Source: Azolla caroliniana
Taxonomy: Eukaryota > Plantae > Polypodiophyta
Length of the DNA: 64,000 bases
Reading direction: 5' to 3'
Assembly: GCA_043228905.1 (NCBI GenBank)
Contig: JBHGNT010000018.1
Coordinates: forward strand, 14,384,001-14,448,000
Shown: in pieces, positions 1 to 11,804 of the stretch
How the letters are laid out: each line of letters begins with the position of its first letter
Position numbering within the stretch: position 1 is the first letter of the stretch
Notes under the pieces: model-generated
Databases searched by the model: none
Told to the model about the DNA's origin: nothing
Seen by the model: only the letters and a program-made list of their open reading frames with translations
Program-made: the position numbers and the translations under genes

Positions 1-215
1 AAGATAGAGGATGAGTATCACTTCACATGCAAGTGCCCAACTTATGCTTAGATACAAGCAGAATACCAAGACATACTAGGACCCTCTTCCACCCTCTCCA
101 ATTTATTAGATACCCCGTATGTAAAGAGACTAGGTAGGTATATCTTAGAGCTAAAACAAAATAGGGGGAATAAATTACAAAGTGTTAACCATAACCCTTT
201 TACTATTCATCAACA
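1..215 (+). pseudogene. 3' fragment of a non-LTR retrotransposon (LINE) ORF2, Cys/His C-terminal region
   Basis: Frame 1 reads KIEDEYHFTCKCPTYA*IQAEYQDILG..., resembling VEDEYHLLFTCSTYSAIRSRYVDIL in ORF 48663-49424; in-frame stop; cut by an LTR at about 222. Confidence 0.6.
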
Positions 216-221
216 TGTAAC

Positions 222-777
222 TATTAGATATAATCAATGATCAGGCCCAAGTTCACAATGGATTTAGGAAAGAGAGAAATAGGTAATAGAATTGGCTAAT
301 CAAGTAAACTAGAATATTTTGTGGGCAAGTTACAATGTACTTAGTCTTGAAGTATGTGCCATTGACTTCAAGATAAGTACTATCTAACACTAGCCTGTAT
401 CTCGAGTGTTGGGTCATATTAAATGACAGAAAAGGAATATCTCCACTACTATCAACTAATATGCACATTTAATGTTACAATCAGACCAAACAAAGAATAT
501 AATCCACTCTCTTACACAATGGTGTATTGATCATCAGTTCCCACTAATTTTGTAGTGAGCTGGTCCAGATCCCATCTAAGCTCCAAGGTGTGAGCGTATG
601 GGTGAACTACCATTGTGAACTACTCTCATATCTAATAAAAGTTTTGTTTTCATATATCAATCTTTGTGGTTGTAACTCTATATACCTATCTAATAGATTC
701 TCAATATTTCTAACATGGTATTAGAGCTGAGAGGTTGATCTAGATTAGGTATATACGGGTAGTTGTTGTCTAGCAGC

Positions 778-830
<53 letters not shown>

Positions 831-1905
831 CAATAGCCTTGTCCACGAATGTTGCAGCTGCTCCAGTGCGCATTTGTCCACCTCCATTGTCTGATGGAAA
901 GCTCTAGGAACCAACTACACTTTATGGAGGTTCAAAATGTCTGCCATTTTGGACTCCTACGAGTTGCAGGAGACAATAATGGGACCCACAAGAGGAGACC
1001 TTGAGCCCATGGTGACCTTTGACCTTGCACACCCTACCACATCAATCCCTATAAATGTTGATCTACTTCGAGCTGGAAGAGAAGGAATGTTGATGCGATG
1101 TGTACCATAATCACTGGTGTATGTGACTCTATACTAACATTGGTGCAACATACAACCAAAGCACATGAAGCTTGGAGCATCTTGGCTAGCCAGTATGAAA
1201 CCAAAAACTATAAAAGGATACAAAACCTCGAGAATCAGCTTTCTGTACAGAAGCTCGTTGATGGAGAGAAAGTAGAATCCTTTGTAAAAAGGATTAAGGA
1301 TCTTCAAGATCAATTGGCAACTGTTGGAGTAGTTGTCTCTCCAACGGATATGGCTCGTCGATGCATTCAAGTACTTCCTTCCAAGTATGATGGCATTGTG
1401 ACAACATTGAACACTCAGGTTGGACCCACTCCATTAAAATATGATGAACTAAGTGCAATACTGCTTGAAGAGGAGCTTCGGCTGAAGACAAGAGAAGGAA
1501 GGGAAGATTTGACATTTGTCTCTCGGACTAAGGGGCAAAGGGGCATCCAATTCAAACAATGCGAATAGGATACCAAAGAAGAAGAAGTTTAGTGGATCAT
1601 GTTTCTACTGTGACAAGAAGGGTCACACAATCAAGGATTGTCGGAAGAAAATGGCGGATGAGAAGAATAGTTCTAGTAATACTTCTTGGAGAGAGCTCGA
1701 GTCCGCTAACAATGTCATAGATGAGGTTGAGTTATGGGTCGCAACTAAGGAAGTGTGTTCTTCAGTTGACACTCAAGTTGTCGACAACTCTTGGATTCTC
1801 GATAGTGGAGCATCTCGACATATGACCAGTAATCGTGACTTTCAACTCTTGGACACCTCTACAAGAGCCCATCAATGTAGTGGTCGAGAACAATGCTCAA
1901 TGTGG
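222..1905 (+). mobile_element. Truncated, degenerate Ty1/copia element (5' LTR about 222-715, PBS, gag, protease start), lying in an intron of the oxidoreductase gene
   Basis: LTR ends TCTAACA at 715 followed by TGGTATTAGAGC (tRNA-iMet-type PBS, one mismatch); (GA)n at 780-828; ORFs 1098-1568 and 1516-2043 give copia gag, CFYCDKKGHTIKDC knuckle and WILDSGASRHM protease motif with frameshifts; LTR start is approximate. Confidence 0.85.
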
Positions 1906-2037
1906 TACCTTTTACATTGGGACCACATGCCACATCCACATCGAAACCCTTTGACCTCTCGCTTCTATTCAAGAGACTTGGATGGAAATGAAATTAGGCC
2001 TAGTATAACATCATTTTCATTGTGGAACATTTTTTTT

Positions 2038-2215
2038 ATATAGAACATGTTTGTTATTTTACTAGACTTATTTAGCTTAAAACTCTATTTTTATCTTATT
2101 TTTATTTTTATTTTTACTTTCGATGAATGGGTAAAATATCCCATTTTTTGTTGTGAACCATTTGTCTCATGGGCCAATTTTGGCCTTAGAAGACATTAAT
2201 ATATCGTTCTTTCTT
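2038..2215. repeat. Dispersed AT-rich repeat, inverted copy at about 42690-42860
   Basis: Reverse complement aligns with ttctaagaccaaaaattggccccatgagacaattgg...ttcatcgaaag...atgttctata at 42721-42860. Confidence 0.65.
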
Positions 2216-2405
2216 TCTTTCTTTAACGTACCAACTGTTATTTATTTTCTCTCTAATCCACAATTTAGTGGCGTTAACCTATCCATTGCTTTTTTATAAC
2301 CATTTGAGAGCTTTCAATAGTGAGTTACATTTTAGCTTCTTTAACTACTATCTATTGCCATATTCGTACTCTCTATGGATCCATAGATTGGTAGGAGACA
2401 CTTAC

Positions 2406-4549
2406 TTTATCCTTTCATCATGGACTTCCAAAGTCTGAACTCCTCTCCTTCCTCCCTCTCGGCGTCCGATTCGCACAATGTTTTCTGGGACAAAAGCTTC
2501 TCCCTGACAAAACATGAGGCTCAATATAAAACACCTAGATTTCCTTGACACAAAGGAGAAGGCTATTTCAAAAAGTTTAAGTTGAACTCTAGAGACAAGA
2601 TCATCAAAAAATGCCAATACCATGACCAATACAGAGTAAATTATAACAAACCTTGCCATTATCACAAACAACACATATCTCTTGCTCATTTTGACTACCC
2701 TCGGCAAACATGCAGAGGTCCAACATGCTCCTAATCCCGTTATCATAGTCCACTATGACATAGGCATTGTCGAGAATATCAGGAACCTATCAAAAAAAAA
2801 ATCACTAGTGTTTTTTTGGTAATGGCATCCAATGCATGAGTTTCACACCATGATTGGAATGAATTAGTGAAGAAATACAATACGATACGACCTTGCCATC
2901 ATAGCTTTCTTCGAGATGGTTTACATCTTGAGCACCAGATGCCATGACCTTTATGGGGATTGCACCAGTGATGAGATTCATCAAATCGAAGAAATGGCAA
3001 CATTTCTCAACCAATGTGCCTCCAGTATTGATATTAAACCGGTTCCAATTGTGAACCTACAAACAGATATATAAAATGTGGACTGCAATTGGAGAAACTT
3101 GGTTAAAAGACTTGGTAGATCTCTAGCATAAGGAAGTTGTCTTGTTACCTTCACAAGAAATGGGAACCTATGCTCCCTTATTGCCACCATTTTAACCTTT
3201 CCTAGATCATTTGATTTCACTATGTTGATTAGTTTTGCCACTGGTGGCATATATCTATACTCCAAGCCAACTTGTATAAAAACCTCAGGCCTTAACTTGG
3301 CAGCTTCAATGACCTATAAAACAAAGTCATGAATGCCAAAACACTAGTATAGAAATGTTAGAAATAAGGCACGAACAGGTTGCAGCTTATACATACCCTG
3401 TAGCAATCTTCGATCTTAGTACATAGAGGCTTCTCTACAAGGATATGATGAGGGATTTTGTGGTCGAGTATGTCGAGGAGAATCTCGGCATGCGTGCAAT
3501 TCGGTGTAGAGACTACTAGTACATCACATATGCCACTGTCTAACAGTGCCTTATGGTTAGAGAAAACCTGCACAAAAGAGAGCATGTAGCAAATGCTTAA
3601 ATAAAAATCTCTTAATGCATCAAAATGCTTGATAATCCTTTGAATATATGCATCATCATCTTCATAGGAATATTTATATACTAAAGTTTAAATAAAACTC
3701 TTAGATGATGCACATTGATAGGGATATAAATAAGTAACCAAAAATTAAGACATATAATCAACTCCTAAATAGTTATGTTGGAAGTAGCCAGTGTGTACCT
3801 GATAAAAGATATATATTTAATGTTTGAGACATATTCCACCATGTGATCAGTGCGCATCTGTATCTAATGTTCACTACGTCGATCAATCTCACAATGATTA
3901 AGATACAGCATCCTACCTATATGAAGTGGTCATCAACCATGTAAAAGGGGCTGCAGGTATTCTGTTGCAAAATTAATATAAAACTTTTGTCCTTAATAAC
4001 CCAGTGTCTTCATTTTTCTTGTAGATTTTATTGCATGTCTGTAGTAATATCAACATAGGCATGACATATCAAAGCAAAAGAAATTCTTTCATAATGCAAC
4101 ATATTGTTTGGTACCACTAAGGATGAGGATGACATTTATGTATGCCACATCTACATGTGGCATAATCATAACAAAGTTTGAATAATCTCTTTAATATGCA
4201 AAGAAATGTTCTTACAATCATGAAGCCATGAAGATGATGCGTATACAGTTTTATCTACACAGATATAATCATCAAAATGCAACACAATGCTTGATAAATC
4301 CTTAGGGAAAGGATGCATATAGAAGAATGACATACATCCTCAACATCTATGGATCTATTCAGGAGGCATAATGAGGATTACATGGAGATCTGGAGAAAGA
4401 GCCAAGGAAGCTTCTTGAGAAGGAATGTGCGGATCAGCTATGGCTACAACTTGTGCATCATCCAACACTCTGATGTTAAGAATATGTTCTCTTCCCATCA
4501 TACCTGCTCCAATTATCCCATACTTAACAATCCCTGTCTTAAGCGTCAT
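2406..4549 (-). CDS. Gfo/Idh/MocA family NAD(P)-dependent oxidoreductase (inositol 2-dehydrogenase-like), 3'-partial. Exons 4549-4382, 3567-3397, 3313-3149, 3056-2892, 2786-2652, 2503-2406
   Basis: Rossmann motif [54 protein letters not shown]; all six exons bounded by GT/AG in consistent phase; exon 6 ends in a GTAAG donor and I could not find the final exon in the window. Confidence 0.92.
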
Positions 4550-4928
4550 TGTTTTTTCGTTGTAGCTCCGCGAGAGGTTGAGAAAGAAGGAGGTCTGCTA
4601 ATGAGAAGCAGACGGACTACCAAGCAAAGATGAGCAAATGAGAGAGGAGGCAGAAGAACGAATGGACGGAATGAATACTGACGACGACGACGGACGTGAT
4701 GATCTGTTGAGAGAGAGAGAATCTGAGATAGTCTGAGACAAAGAAACAAAAGAGTCTGACAAGAGAGAAGAGTGCGGGGTGCGCATTTTGTCTCGGTTCG
4801 TTGCTTCTGTCTTCTGTATTTGCCACGTCGGCGGCCCCCGAGCCTCCACGTCATCCTTGCCGTTTTGCCACATCAGCAGCCTCGACCACGTCATCCCTGC
4901 ATTTGCCACATCAGCAGCCTCGACGTTG

Positions 4929-4956
4929 CCCTAAACCCAAAACCTTAAACCCTAAA
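4929..4956 (+). promoter_or_regulatory. Degenerate telomeric/telo-box cluster upstream of the oxidoreductase
   Basis: ccctaaa-cccaaaa-ccttaaa-ccctaaa, about 380 bp upstream of the ATG. Confidence 0.35.
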
Positions 4957-5109
4957 TTGTAATGAGCTCACACACACACCCTAGTGGCAAGTTCTTACTC
5001 TACTAACACTTGCCTCTTCGGTTCAAAACCCAATTTCTTCATTTCACACAATATCTCTTAATTCATTGGATGCCAGTGGCCATTGTGGACTGTAGAAGGG
5101 ACATTATAC

Positions 5110-5378
5110 TACAAATGTTGCACCCAACTACAAAGTTACCATATTCTTCGCTGAACGGGGAAACCATACACATCTATACATGTTAGAGCCCATTCCATTC
5201 GAACCATTGCTTCCATGCGACTTCTAAGCTCACATGCATCGTGATATGAGACGAGGGCGTTGGGGCACATGTGATGAGAGTGGCCGACTATGCACACTTT
5301 GCCCTAAACAGGTTCGAGAGTCTCACACTTTCATACAAATTATGCTTTGTCTTTGATCATATTCGACCATTCTTTCCC
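5110..5378 (+). pseudogene. LINE ORF2 3' fragment
   Basis: Frameshifted IASMRL...GRWGTCDESGRLCTLCPKQ...CFVFDHIR, same type of C-terminus as 48663-49310; absent from unit 2. Confidence 0.45.
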
Positions 5379-5836
5379 ATGCTAATCACGTCAAGGCACT
5401 TTTCCGTTTTCTCTTTCGTAACAACATCTGCATTGAGTGTCACACCATTTCAATAGCTTTCTTCAACCATAGTAACAAAGGATGATAATAAGACACCATA
5501 GAGACCATAATCGATTGAACCACCTTAAGACGTACATGAAAAGGCCAAACTTGAGACCTCCAATACATAAACTTATTCTCCAAATTTTTAGATACCTGCT
5601 CAATAAATTTTGCATGAGAAACTTCCACCCCAATTGGATATGATGTACTATCCTTCCTAGCCACCTTAACCCCAACACTACTTGTTTTATACATGAAATG
5701 AGGACATATTTATGTATATTAATCCTCAACCTTGAAGCACTTGAAAAGAAATTCCTAGTCATCTCTTGTCTTACTAATACTTTTGCAATTAGATGCCAAA
5801 AACATGATATGGTCATTTGCGTGAGCTTAAACAATA
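5379..5836 (-). pseudogene. L1-like LINE reverse transcriptase remnant (paralog at about 24100-25263)
   Basis: YPIGVEVSHAKFIEQV...KFMYWRSQVWPFHVRLKVVQSIMVSMVSY, typical of the region after plant L1 RT; frameshifted. Confidence 0.6.
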
Positions 5837-5841
5837 CATGG

Positions 5842-6310
5842 TGTCATGATACCGTGACATAAAATACATGGTTGGTGAGGATTTAACCTGCAACCTCACG
5901 TCAACAAGATGTCATACTCAACCATTTTGATATAAGCATGTATTTATATAATATACTTGATTTAAAAATCTTTAGTCATATACCACTAGAAAGTTCTAGA
6001 GGGTTCTAGAATATTCTAATTTGCATGTACTTCAACTCACAGTATAAATACTTGTAACCTCCTTGGTTCCTTTCAAGGGATTCAACACCAATCATTGACC
6101 TATCAATCTAGTATTCTCATTTCATTCCATCTTGTCTCCTTCTTCATCTCTGTCTTCATGCTCTCCATAGCTTCCTAAGTTCATAGTCTCATCACTTGTA
6201 GCTTCTAGAGTTCCTAACCTCGTCACTTCCAGTTCCACGTTCATAGTCATATTGATCATAGCCTCATCATCCGTGTTGCGTCGTAGTCCGCAGTTGGTGT
6301 GTCCATGACA
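5842..6310. mobile_element. Solo LTR (469 bp), TSD CATGG
   Basis: TGTCATG...CATGACA termini, CATGG at 5837-5841 and 6311-6315, internal TATAAATA. Confidence 0.8.
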
Positions 6311-6525
6311 CATGGCTTCCTTGATGGCAACCTCAGTCCACGTAATTCTTCTTCCATAGCCATATTGTTTAATTTAATAAGTCTATAAAATAGCATCTCA
6401 CTCTCTCTCTCTTTCTTTCTCTATGTATATATATGTAGGTATATATGTACATGTATATAGATACCCCCCCAAAAGAAATGGGCCATCAACTCCATGTATG
6501 TAATGCATCCTTCTTATATTCAACA

Positions 6526-7000
6526 TGTTACGGGCATGACCATATAATATCCCGTGGTAAGAATTTACCGTAGTATTCTATACACGTGGATAAGTGTGAG
6601 GGTTAAATGAGAGTGTAAAGAAGGGTGCCGATCCACCCGACCACTCCCGAGCGAAGGGATCGAGATGGACTCGAGCCTCGATCGGCGTCCCATACCACCG
6701 CTGTGGCGTCGAGTCGTACCTGGTGCTGGCGCGCTCGCTACAAGAGTTGACCCACCACACGAGCAGAGTCTCGATGTAGTCAAAAGATGATCAAATGAGG
6801 GTAGCTAGGCCTCTTATTTATAGCGAAACCCAAGGCCCCCAGGCAAGTTCACACTTGACCTAATGGGTTGTCTCAATCCCGAGGATTAAAAGTAATCCTC
6901 CCCTTCTTTACACTCTCATTTAACCCTCACACTTATCCACGTGTATAGAATACTACGGTAAATTCTTACCACGGGATATTATATGGTCATGCCCGTAACA
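6526..7000 (-). repeat. 475-bp fold-back LTR (3' LTR relative to pol) with 100-bp perfect inverted arms
   Basis: 6526-6625 is the exact reverse complement of 6901-7000; minus-strand CTATAAATAA at about 6814-6823; PPT abuts at 7001. Confidence 0.9.
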
Positions 7001-10000
7001 TACTCCCCCTCTTTAAAACATTGCACTCTTGCAATGGAAAGTTAGGGAAGTTAGTTCTAAGAGTATTTTCGCGTTCCCATGTGGCATCTTTTATTGATTT
7101 ATCCATCCATTTTATTTTGATTTCTCGGATTTCTTTAGTACGTAATTTTTTTGTTTTAACATCGAGAATTCTTTCTGGTACATGTGGTTTAGAAGATAAT
7201 TCTTCAGAAGTAACCAGAGTTTCAGTCGTAACTGTATTGTCGCCAGAACCTAGAAGTTCTTTTAGACGACTCACATGAAAGACTGGATGAATTCCGACAC
7301 CATCGGGAAGAGTGAGACGATAGGCTGATGACCCAATGCGTTTGAGGACTGTAAAAGGTCCACAAAACCGTGGGGCTAACTTAGCGCACTTACCCGTAGA
7401 CAATGTCTTAGAATTGTGAGGTACACGTAAAAATACCTTCTGTCCAGGGTTGAATACACGAGGTTGCCTATGATGATCGGCATAAAAACGCGCTCTATCT
7501 TGAGCTGTTTTTATATTATCTCGTGCAATATGCAACATATCTTGCATATCCCGAAGAAAGTTTTGCGTACTTCGCAACTCATCATGATGTATATTAACAT
7601 CAATCGGGGCTCGTGGCTGAAAACCATACATCAACATAAAAGGACTATATCCCGTCGACGTATGCTTGGAGCTGTTATAAGCAAACTCCAAAATTGGGAG
7701 ATAACGTTCCCATTTTGTTGGTTTTGCACCAACGTATGCTCGAAGCATGTCCTCAATAATTTGATTTACTCGTTCTGTCTGTCCATCGGATTGAGGATGA
7801 TCCGTGGAGCTCATGCTCAACGTAGTTTCTAACTTCTTAAAGACTTGTGTCCAGAAGTCACTAGTAAACTTTGGATCTCGATCACTCACGATATCCATCG
7901 GTAACCCATAAAAACGAAACAATTCGTCAACAAATTGGTAAGCCAATTCAGGAGCTGTTACCGTGGTTTTAGTAGCAATAAATCTGGCCATTTTAGTTAG
8001 TCGATCAACGACAACCCAGATGGCATCATGACCTTTTTGGGTGCGAGGAAGGCTAACAATAAAATCCATGGATATACTTTCCCACTTATTATTGGGAATG
8101 TCCAAGGGATGTAAAAGTCCTGCGGCTTTAAGTCGCTCGGCTTTGTTAACCTGACACTGGTGACATTTAGTCACATAGCTATGTATGTCAGGACGCATCT
8201 TAGGCCAATAAAATTGAGTGGAGATGAGAACGAGTGTACGATGTATTCCAGGGTGCCCTGCTGAGGGTGCATCATGGCATTTAAAAAGAATCCTCTTTTT
8301 GACCTCGGGTAAATCTGGAACACAAACCTTCCCATTACGGTAGAGCAAACCGTTAGCAATGTGGAAGTATTCCTTCGAGGATGTGGTGGTGTCTGTTCCA
8401 GACTCAACTCTTGCCCAGTATTTTGCGAAATAACTGTCATCAGGATACTTTCCTCGAAGGTGATCATAAAGATCTGATGATATTTCAGTGAAGCTAAGCG
8501 TGTTAACTTCACGGATGCGACTTAGTGCATTAGCGACAGTGTTCATGGAACCTTTACGATATCGTATGGAAAAATCAAAGTCCTGGATGAGATCAGCCCA
8601 TCGTGCCTTACGACCTTTCAGGTCTTGTTGGTCACAAAAATATTTCAAGGACTCGTGGTCCGTAGTTACCACAAAGTGATTTCCATAAAGATAATGGCGC
8701 CATGTTTTGAGCGCATGTATAACTGCAAATAATTCCTTTTCTTGAACGGTATACCGACATTGAGCAGAATCAAGTTTCTTACTCTCGAATGCTATTGGTT
8801 TACCATCTTGATACAAGACAACACCTATAGCGTAATCGCTTGCATCGGTTTCAACCTCAAAAGGTTTTGAAGGATCGGGTAAAAGAAGTGAAGGAGCCTT
8901 GCAAACCAGGTCCTTGAGTTCCTTAAAGGCAAGGTCTAGTGTAGCATTCCACACAATAGGTTTTGTAGACTTACGCGTTTGACCTTTTAAAAGATCAGTA
9001 AACGGCGTCGTCAATTGGGAGTAATTACGAAGAGACTTTCGCAAAAACCCCACAAAACCAAGGAATGATCGAACTTCTCGAATATTCCGAAGAGTGGGCC
9101 AAAGCTTGATTTTCTCAATGCGAGAAGGATCAATTTCAACTCCTCGTTCGGTTATGAGATGTCCTAGATAAGTAATTGATTTCTTGAAGAACTCACATTT
9201 TGAGATCTTCGCATAAAACTGTTTGTCACGCAATGTTTGTAAAACAAAGCGAACATGTCTAGCATGTTGTTGTAATGTACGGCTATAAACTAAAATATCA
9301 TCCAAGAAAATAACGACAAATTTTCCAAGTTGTTCTCGGAAAATGTCATTCATTTCTTGTTGAAAAGTAGCTGGAGCATTGGTCAAACCAAAAGGCATAA
9401 CCAAAAACTCGTAATGGCCATAGCGCGTACGAAATGCCGTTTTAGGAACATCGTCCTCACTTATTCGTATTTGATGGTAGCCAGTACGGAGATCAAGTTT
9501 CGTAAAATACCGAGCTCCCTGGAGACGGTCAATTAGATCGTCAGCCCGGGGCAATGGATACGAATTCTTGATCGTCACTTTATTCAAGCGTCGGTAATTA
9601 ATACACATACGCCATGTGCCCTCTTTCTTTTTAACCAAGAGAACTGGTGCACCCCATGGAGATTTACTATAACGTATATAACCCATTCGTAAATAGTCCT
9701 TGAGTTGCTTAGATACCTCATCTTCTTCGGATCGACTTAAGCGATACGGAGGTATACTTATTGGTGCAACACCAGGTACAATATCTATACGATGGTCTAT
9801 ATTACGTTTAGGAGGTAACCCATCAGGTAGTTCACTTGGAAAAACATCATGAAAGTCATTTAAGATTTCATCAAGTTGTTGTTGTTCAAAATATGTTAAT
9901 TGAATCGGGACATTGTCGATATTGTAAACGTGAATGTCCGGATGAAGTACACAATAAAATAACGTAGAACAAGACAACTCGGATATTGATGGACACGAGG

Positions 10001-10127
10001 AAACAATCGAGAGGGATTGTTTTTTTACACATTGAATAAAATGCGTACAATCGTTCAGTACAAAAGAAATGGAATGACGAACCCAATCAATAAATAAAGA
10101 GTGCAATAATATTTCTTTGTTTTTCAT
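6987..10127 (-). CDS. pol: Ty3/gypsy Pol: reverse transcriptase, RNase H, integrase, chromodomain (no complete protease)
   Basis: Uninterrupted 1046 aa: [38 protein letters not shown] zinc finger, ISMDF...VSDRD...DGQTE, RFCGPF, chromodomain PERILD...IKW...ATWE. Confidence 0.95.
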   Translation of the reverse strand: MKNKEILLHSLFIDWVRHSISFVLNDCTHFIQCVKKQSLSIVSSCPSISELSCSTLFYCVLHPDIHVYNIDNVPIQLTYFEQQQLDEILNDFHDVFPSELPDGLPPKRNIDHRIDIVPGVAPISIPPYRLSRSEEDEVSKQLKDYLRMGYIRYSKSPWGAPVLLVKKKEGTWRMCINYRRLNKVTIKNSYPLPRADDLIDRLQGARYFTKLDLRTGYHQIRISEDDVPKTAFRTRYGHYEFLVMPFGLTNAPATFQQEMNDIFREQLGKFVVIFLDDILVYSRTLQQHARHVRFVLQTLRDKQFYAKISKCEFFKKSITYLGHLITERGVEIDPSRIEKIKLWPTLRNIREVRSFLGFVGFLRKSLRNYSQLTTPFTDLLKGQTRKSTKPIVWNATLDLAFKELKDLVCKAPSLLLPDPSKPFEVETDASDYAIGVVLYQDGKPIAFESKKLDSAQCRYTVQEKELFAVIHALKTWRHYLYGNHFVVTTDHESLKYFCDQQDLKGRKARWADLIQDFDFSIRYRKGSMNTVANALSRIREVNTLSFTEISSDLYDHLRGKYPDDSYFAKYWARVESGTDTTTSSKEYFHIANGLLYRNGKVCVPDLPEVKKRILFKCHDAPSAGHPGIHRTLVLISTQFYWPKMRPDIHSYVTKCHQCQVNKAERLKAAGLLHPLDIPNNKWESISMDFIVSLPRTQKGHDAIWVVVDRLTKMARFIATKTTVTAPELAYQFVDELFRFYGLPMDIVSDRDPKFTSDFWTQVFKKLETTLSMSSTDHPQSDGQTERVNQIIEDMLRAYVGAKPTKWERYLPILEFAYNSSKHTSTGYSPFMLMYGFQPRAPIDVNIHHDELRSTQNFLRDMQDMLHIARDNIKTAQDRARFYADHHRQPRVFNPGQKVFLRVPHNSKTLSTGKCAKLAPRFCGPFTVLKRIGSSAYRLTLPDGVGIHPVFHVSRLKELLGSGDNTVTTETLVTSEELSSKPHVPERILDVKTKKLRTKEIREIKIKWMDKSIKDATWERENTLRTNFPNFPLQECNVLKRGSMLRA
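7001..7015 (-). other. Polypurine tract of the gypsy element
   Basis: Minus strand AAAGAGGGGGAGTA immediately before TGTTACGGG. Confidence 0.85.
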
Positions 10128-10373
10128 TGTTTTGTACTAATGTTTCTTTGTTTTTCATTTGTCTTTTGATTGATGCTGATCGATCGTTGTGCGGTTGGCC
10201 TTGATCCAGACAACAATCAACAAAGAACTTCGGTAACTCTTTCCAGAATTTTTCTTTCTATTCTCTCTTCTCCCATCTAATCATGTGTTTAGTTTATATG
10301 TAATTTTTTTCATTAAGTCAATGATGTTGTAGTGGTCTTTAATTGATTATCTAAAACGTTTATATATGTGCAC

Positions 10374-10630
10374 GACGTCAATACCTCGTTTGACATGTTA
10401 ATAATATGTGATGAGTGTCGTATGCGTACGAGGTTAATACCTCAATTACGTATTACGTTCACGAACATATGTTACGTTTGCGTATGAGTTTAATACCTTG
10501 ATTTGTTGTAAACGATATGCGTTTGGTCTCGTATGCGTAAGAGGTCAATACCTCCATTGCGTATTACGATGATCTCTTATTTGTGGATGTTTCGTGTGCG
10601 TAGAGGTATATACCTCGATTACGTATCTCG
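10374..10630. repeat. Five degenerate ~56-bp tandem units, each with a GAGGT-N4-ACCTC hairpin
   Basis: Cores at 10374, 10430, 10486, 10541 and 10603, usually preceded by CGTATGCGTA. Confidence 0.75.
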
Positions 10631-11804
10631 ATCACATCATTTGTGGCTATTTACTATAACGATATGTTTAATATAGGCATATGTGGTCACATATATACGT
10701 ATTTGATCGTATATATGTGATAAGTAAACATATGTGTATATTCGTTTTTACGTGATTATATCGAAAGTTGTCATGGTCGGGAAAAGGATGTTGGTGGCCG
10801 TCCTCGCATTTTTGTGAGAATGGCGTTGTCACCATCCCTTTTTCAACATTTTTTTATTGTTGATAACCCTGTTGACGACCTCGATTTCGTTACGTAAAGA
10901 AACGCGAATAGCCAAAATGATGTTGAGTACGTAGGGCTTGACCCAATTCAAGTGAGGTCGCTCCAATGACGCACGTATCCAACATCCCTCCCTCGTTACA
11001 TGGATACGATGCCACCATGAGCTCGTTCTTACGAGAGGCATTCGTAATGACGTGACCATGTGATGGCCCACGTGAGCCTACTACGAAACGAGGGCTCATT
11101 TGGCTTGACCATTAGGTTGCACTTTGGCGTATGCCATCGTAATTACGAGACTTGAGGTTAGGTAACGTACCAACATAGTTTTGGTAAATGAGGGCGAAAT
11201 AAGGACCCTTGCCATATATGTTCTTTTAAAAAAATATATATGATCAATTGCCTCGCATATCTCTTATACGCATCAAACATTAAGCATTTGAGAAGAGCAA
11301 CTTACTTGGTTGGCTCAAGTGTTTAATGTATTTGTTCTCGAGGTCTCGAGTTCAAATATGACAAAGACCATACAACATCCTTGATACATATGACTATAAC
11401 ACATGTTTAGACTTAAGGTCTAAGTGCACCTCGGGGTCCTCGTAATAGGACTTAAAGAGCCGAAACCACATATGTGGGCACCGAAACATAGTTTATTGTT
11501 AACATTTTTTTCGTGTATAAACTATTCATGACGCGAACATACATGGTTGAGCCTCGGGGAGCCACCATGAAAAAATCGATATAGAGATCAGGGAAAGACA
11601 TTTATTTGTCACCCCCATGGTTTTTAAAACACCTTTGTGTTACCATAGTAACCTGATCTTGAACCTCATCTCATACGTCTAGAGGGGTATTGACGTGAGA
11701 TAATGATATCGATTAATGCTCGCCCATGATATGTTTACATCACGACATGATGTTATGACTATATCTCTGACCTTATCCTATTTCTTTTCCAGAAATAATC
11801 TTTA

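Noticed and set aside
10374-10630. CRISPR-like look of regularly spaced palindromic repeats
   Set aside because: Eukaryotic retroelement context, spacers resemble each other, repeats are degenerate, no cas genes
10829-11099. Short ORFs in the gag/pol spacer as candidate protease or accessory gene
   Set aside because: No recognisable motif, under 81 aa, non-ATG starts
11305-11360. A-box/B-box-like motifs (tggctcaagtg...gagttcaaat) in the gypsy spacer, and a B-box-like motif at about 45131-45152
   Set aside because: No cloverleaf can be folded; too degenerate to call tRNA or SINE
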